Shown: piece by piece, positions 63,906-64,000 of the stretch | Position numbering within the stretch: the first letter of the stretch is position 1 | Layout: the number at the start of each line of letters is the position of its first letter | From: Dictyostelium discoideum | Taxonomy: Eukaryota | Assembly: GCA_000004695.1 (NCBI GenBank) | Contig: CM000154.2 | Span: forward strand, 480,001-544,000 | DNA length: 64,000 nt | Direction: 5' to 3' | Position numbers and translations under genes: made by a program | Notes under the pieces: generated by a model | Database searches by the model: none | What the model was told of the DNA's origin: nothing | The model's input: the letters and a program-made list of their open reading frames with translations, nothing else

Positions 63906-64000
63906 GGTGGTTGTGATAATTCTATATCATTTTTAAATTTTGTAGAAGGTTGTTCAAAATTTAAACCTTTTTTATGAGATAAATAACGCAGAGCATGATA
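63722..64000 (-). CDS. C-terminal end of a gene encoding a poly-Gln-containing protein (partial; the start lies beyond the window end)
   Basis: The minus-strand frame ...LRYLSHKKGLNFEQPSTKFKNDIELSQPP(Q)n...QTQQQ.TKPIQTDSKTSTKPPSITDINATI* ends at the TAA at 63724..63722. (CAA)n is at 63788..63906. The frame is open to the window edge. Confidence 0.4.

Overview
This window is Dictyostelium discoideum-type nuclear DNA, so a eukaryotic rather than prokaryotic reading is required. The evidence is the roughly 20-25% GC content, long poly(dA:dT) tracts, (AAT)n/(CAA)n coding microsatellites giving poly-Asn/poly-Gln, short AT-rich introns with GTAAGT/GTATGT donors and (T)nAG acceptors, and FNIP-repeat and ABCC genes. 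The six-frame ORF track uses TTG and GTG as starts and ignores splicing, so many track ORFs are artefacts and several real genes are invisible to it. Spliced gene models were rebuilt by hand, and all exon coordinates are hand-derived and approximate to a few nt.

The window is gene-dense, with about 25 protein-coding genes and no rRNA, tRNA or CRISPR. In order they are:
- a TMBIM/BI-1-like 3' exon and gmppB;
- a YME2-like RRM plus P-loop mitochondrial inner-membrane protein;
- a multi-exon hypothetical gene and a huge RS/RD/poly-N low-complexity protein;
- tim17, pgkA, rbx1 (4 exons) and an IQGAP-related RasGAP (DGAP1/rgaA-like);
- two large glycoprotein genes with signal-peptide first exons, one carrying 102-bp near-identical tandem EGF-like repeats;
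- a P4H-like 2OG oxygenase, an unknown poly-N protein and an FNIP-repeat protein;
- two tandemly duplicated ABCC (MRP-type) transporters;
- ADP-dependent glucokinase, sem1/DSS1 (3 exons), prp4 and a SHAQKYF-type Myb protein;
- eIF2D/ligatin, a secreted Cys-rich protein and an SDR/CCR-like reductase;
- a partial poly-Q gene at the 3' edge.

The most interesting observations are:
- one ABCC paralogue has a precise 135-bp in-frame deletion removing the NBD1 H-loop, while its 3' third is nearly identical to its neighbour, consistent with gene conversion;
- a roughly 150-250 bp AT-rich MITE-like repeat family occurs in four copies, two of them in tandem;
- a TG-initiated, roughly 280-bp LTR-like direct-repeat family flanks a GC-richer island at 29.4-31.7 kb that has no intact ORF and also contains a 170-bp inverted-repeat element;
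- an RNase III-domain ORF is broken by a +1 frameshift in a GGG run;
- tiny spliced ORFs starting MGxxxS (N-myristoylation-like) lie in otherwise empty AT-rich DNA;
- CA-rich/G-box-like motifs sit upstream of a glycoprotein gene.

No prokaryote-style defence system or operon is present.
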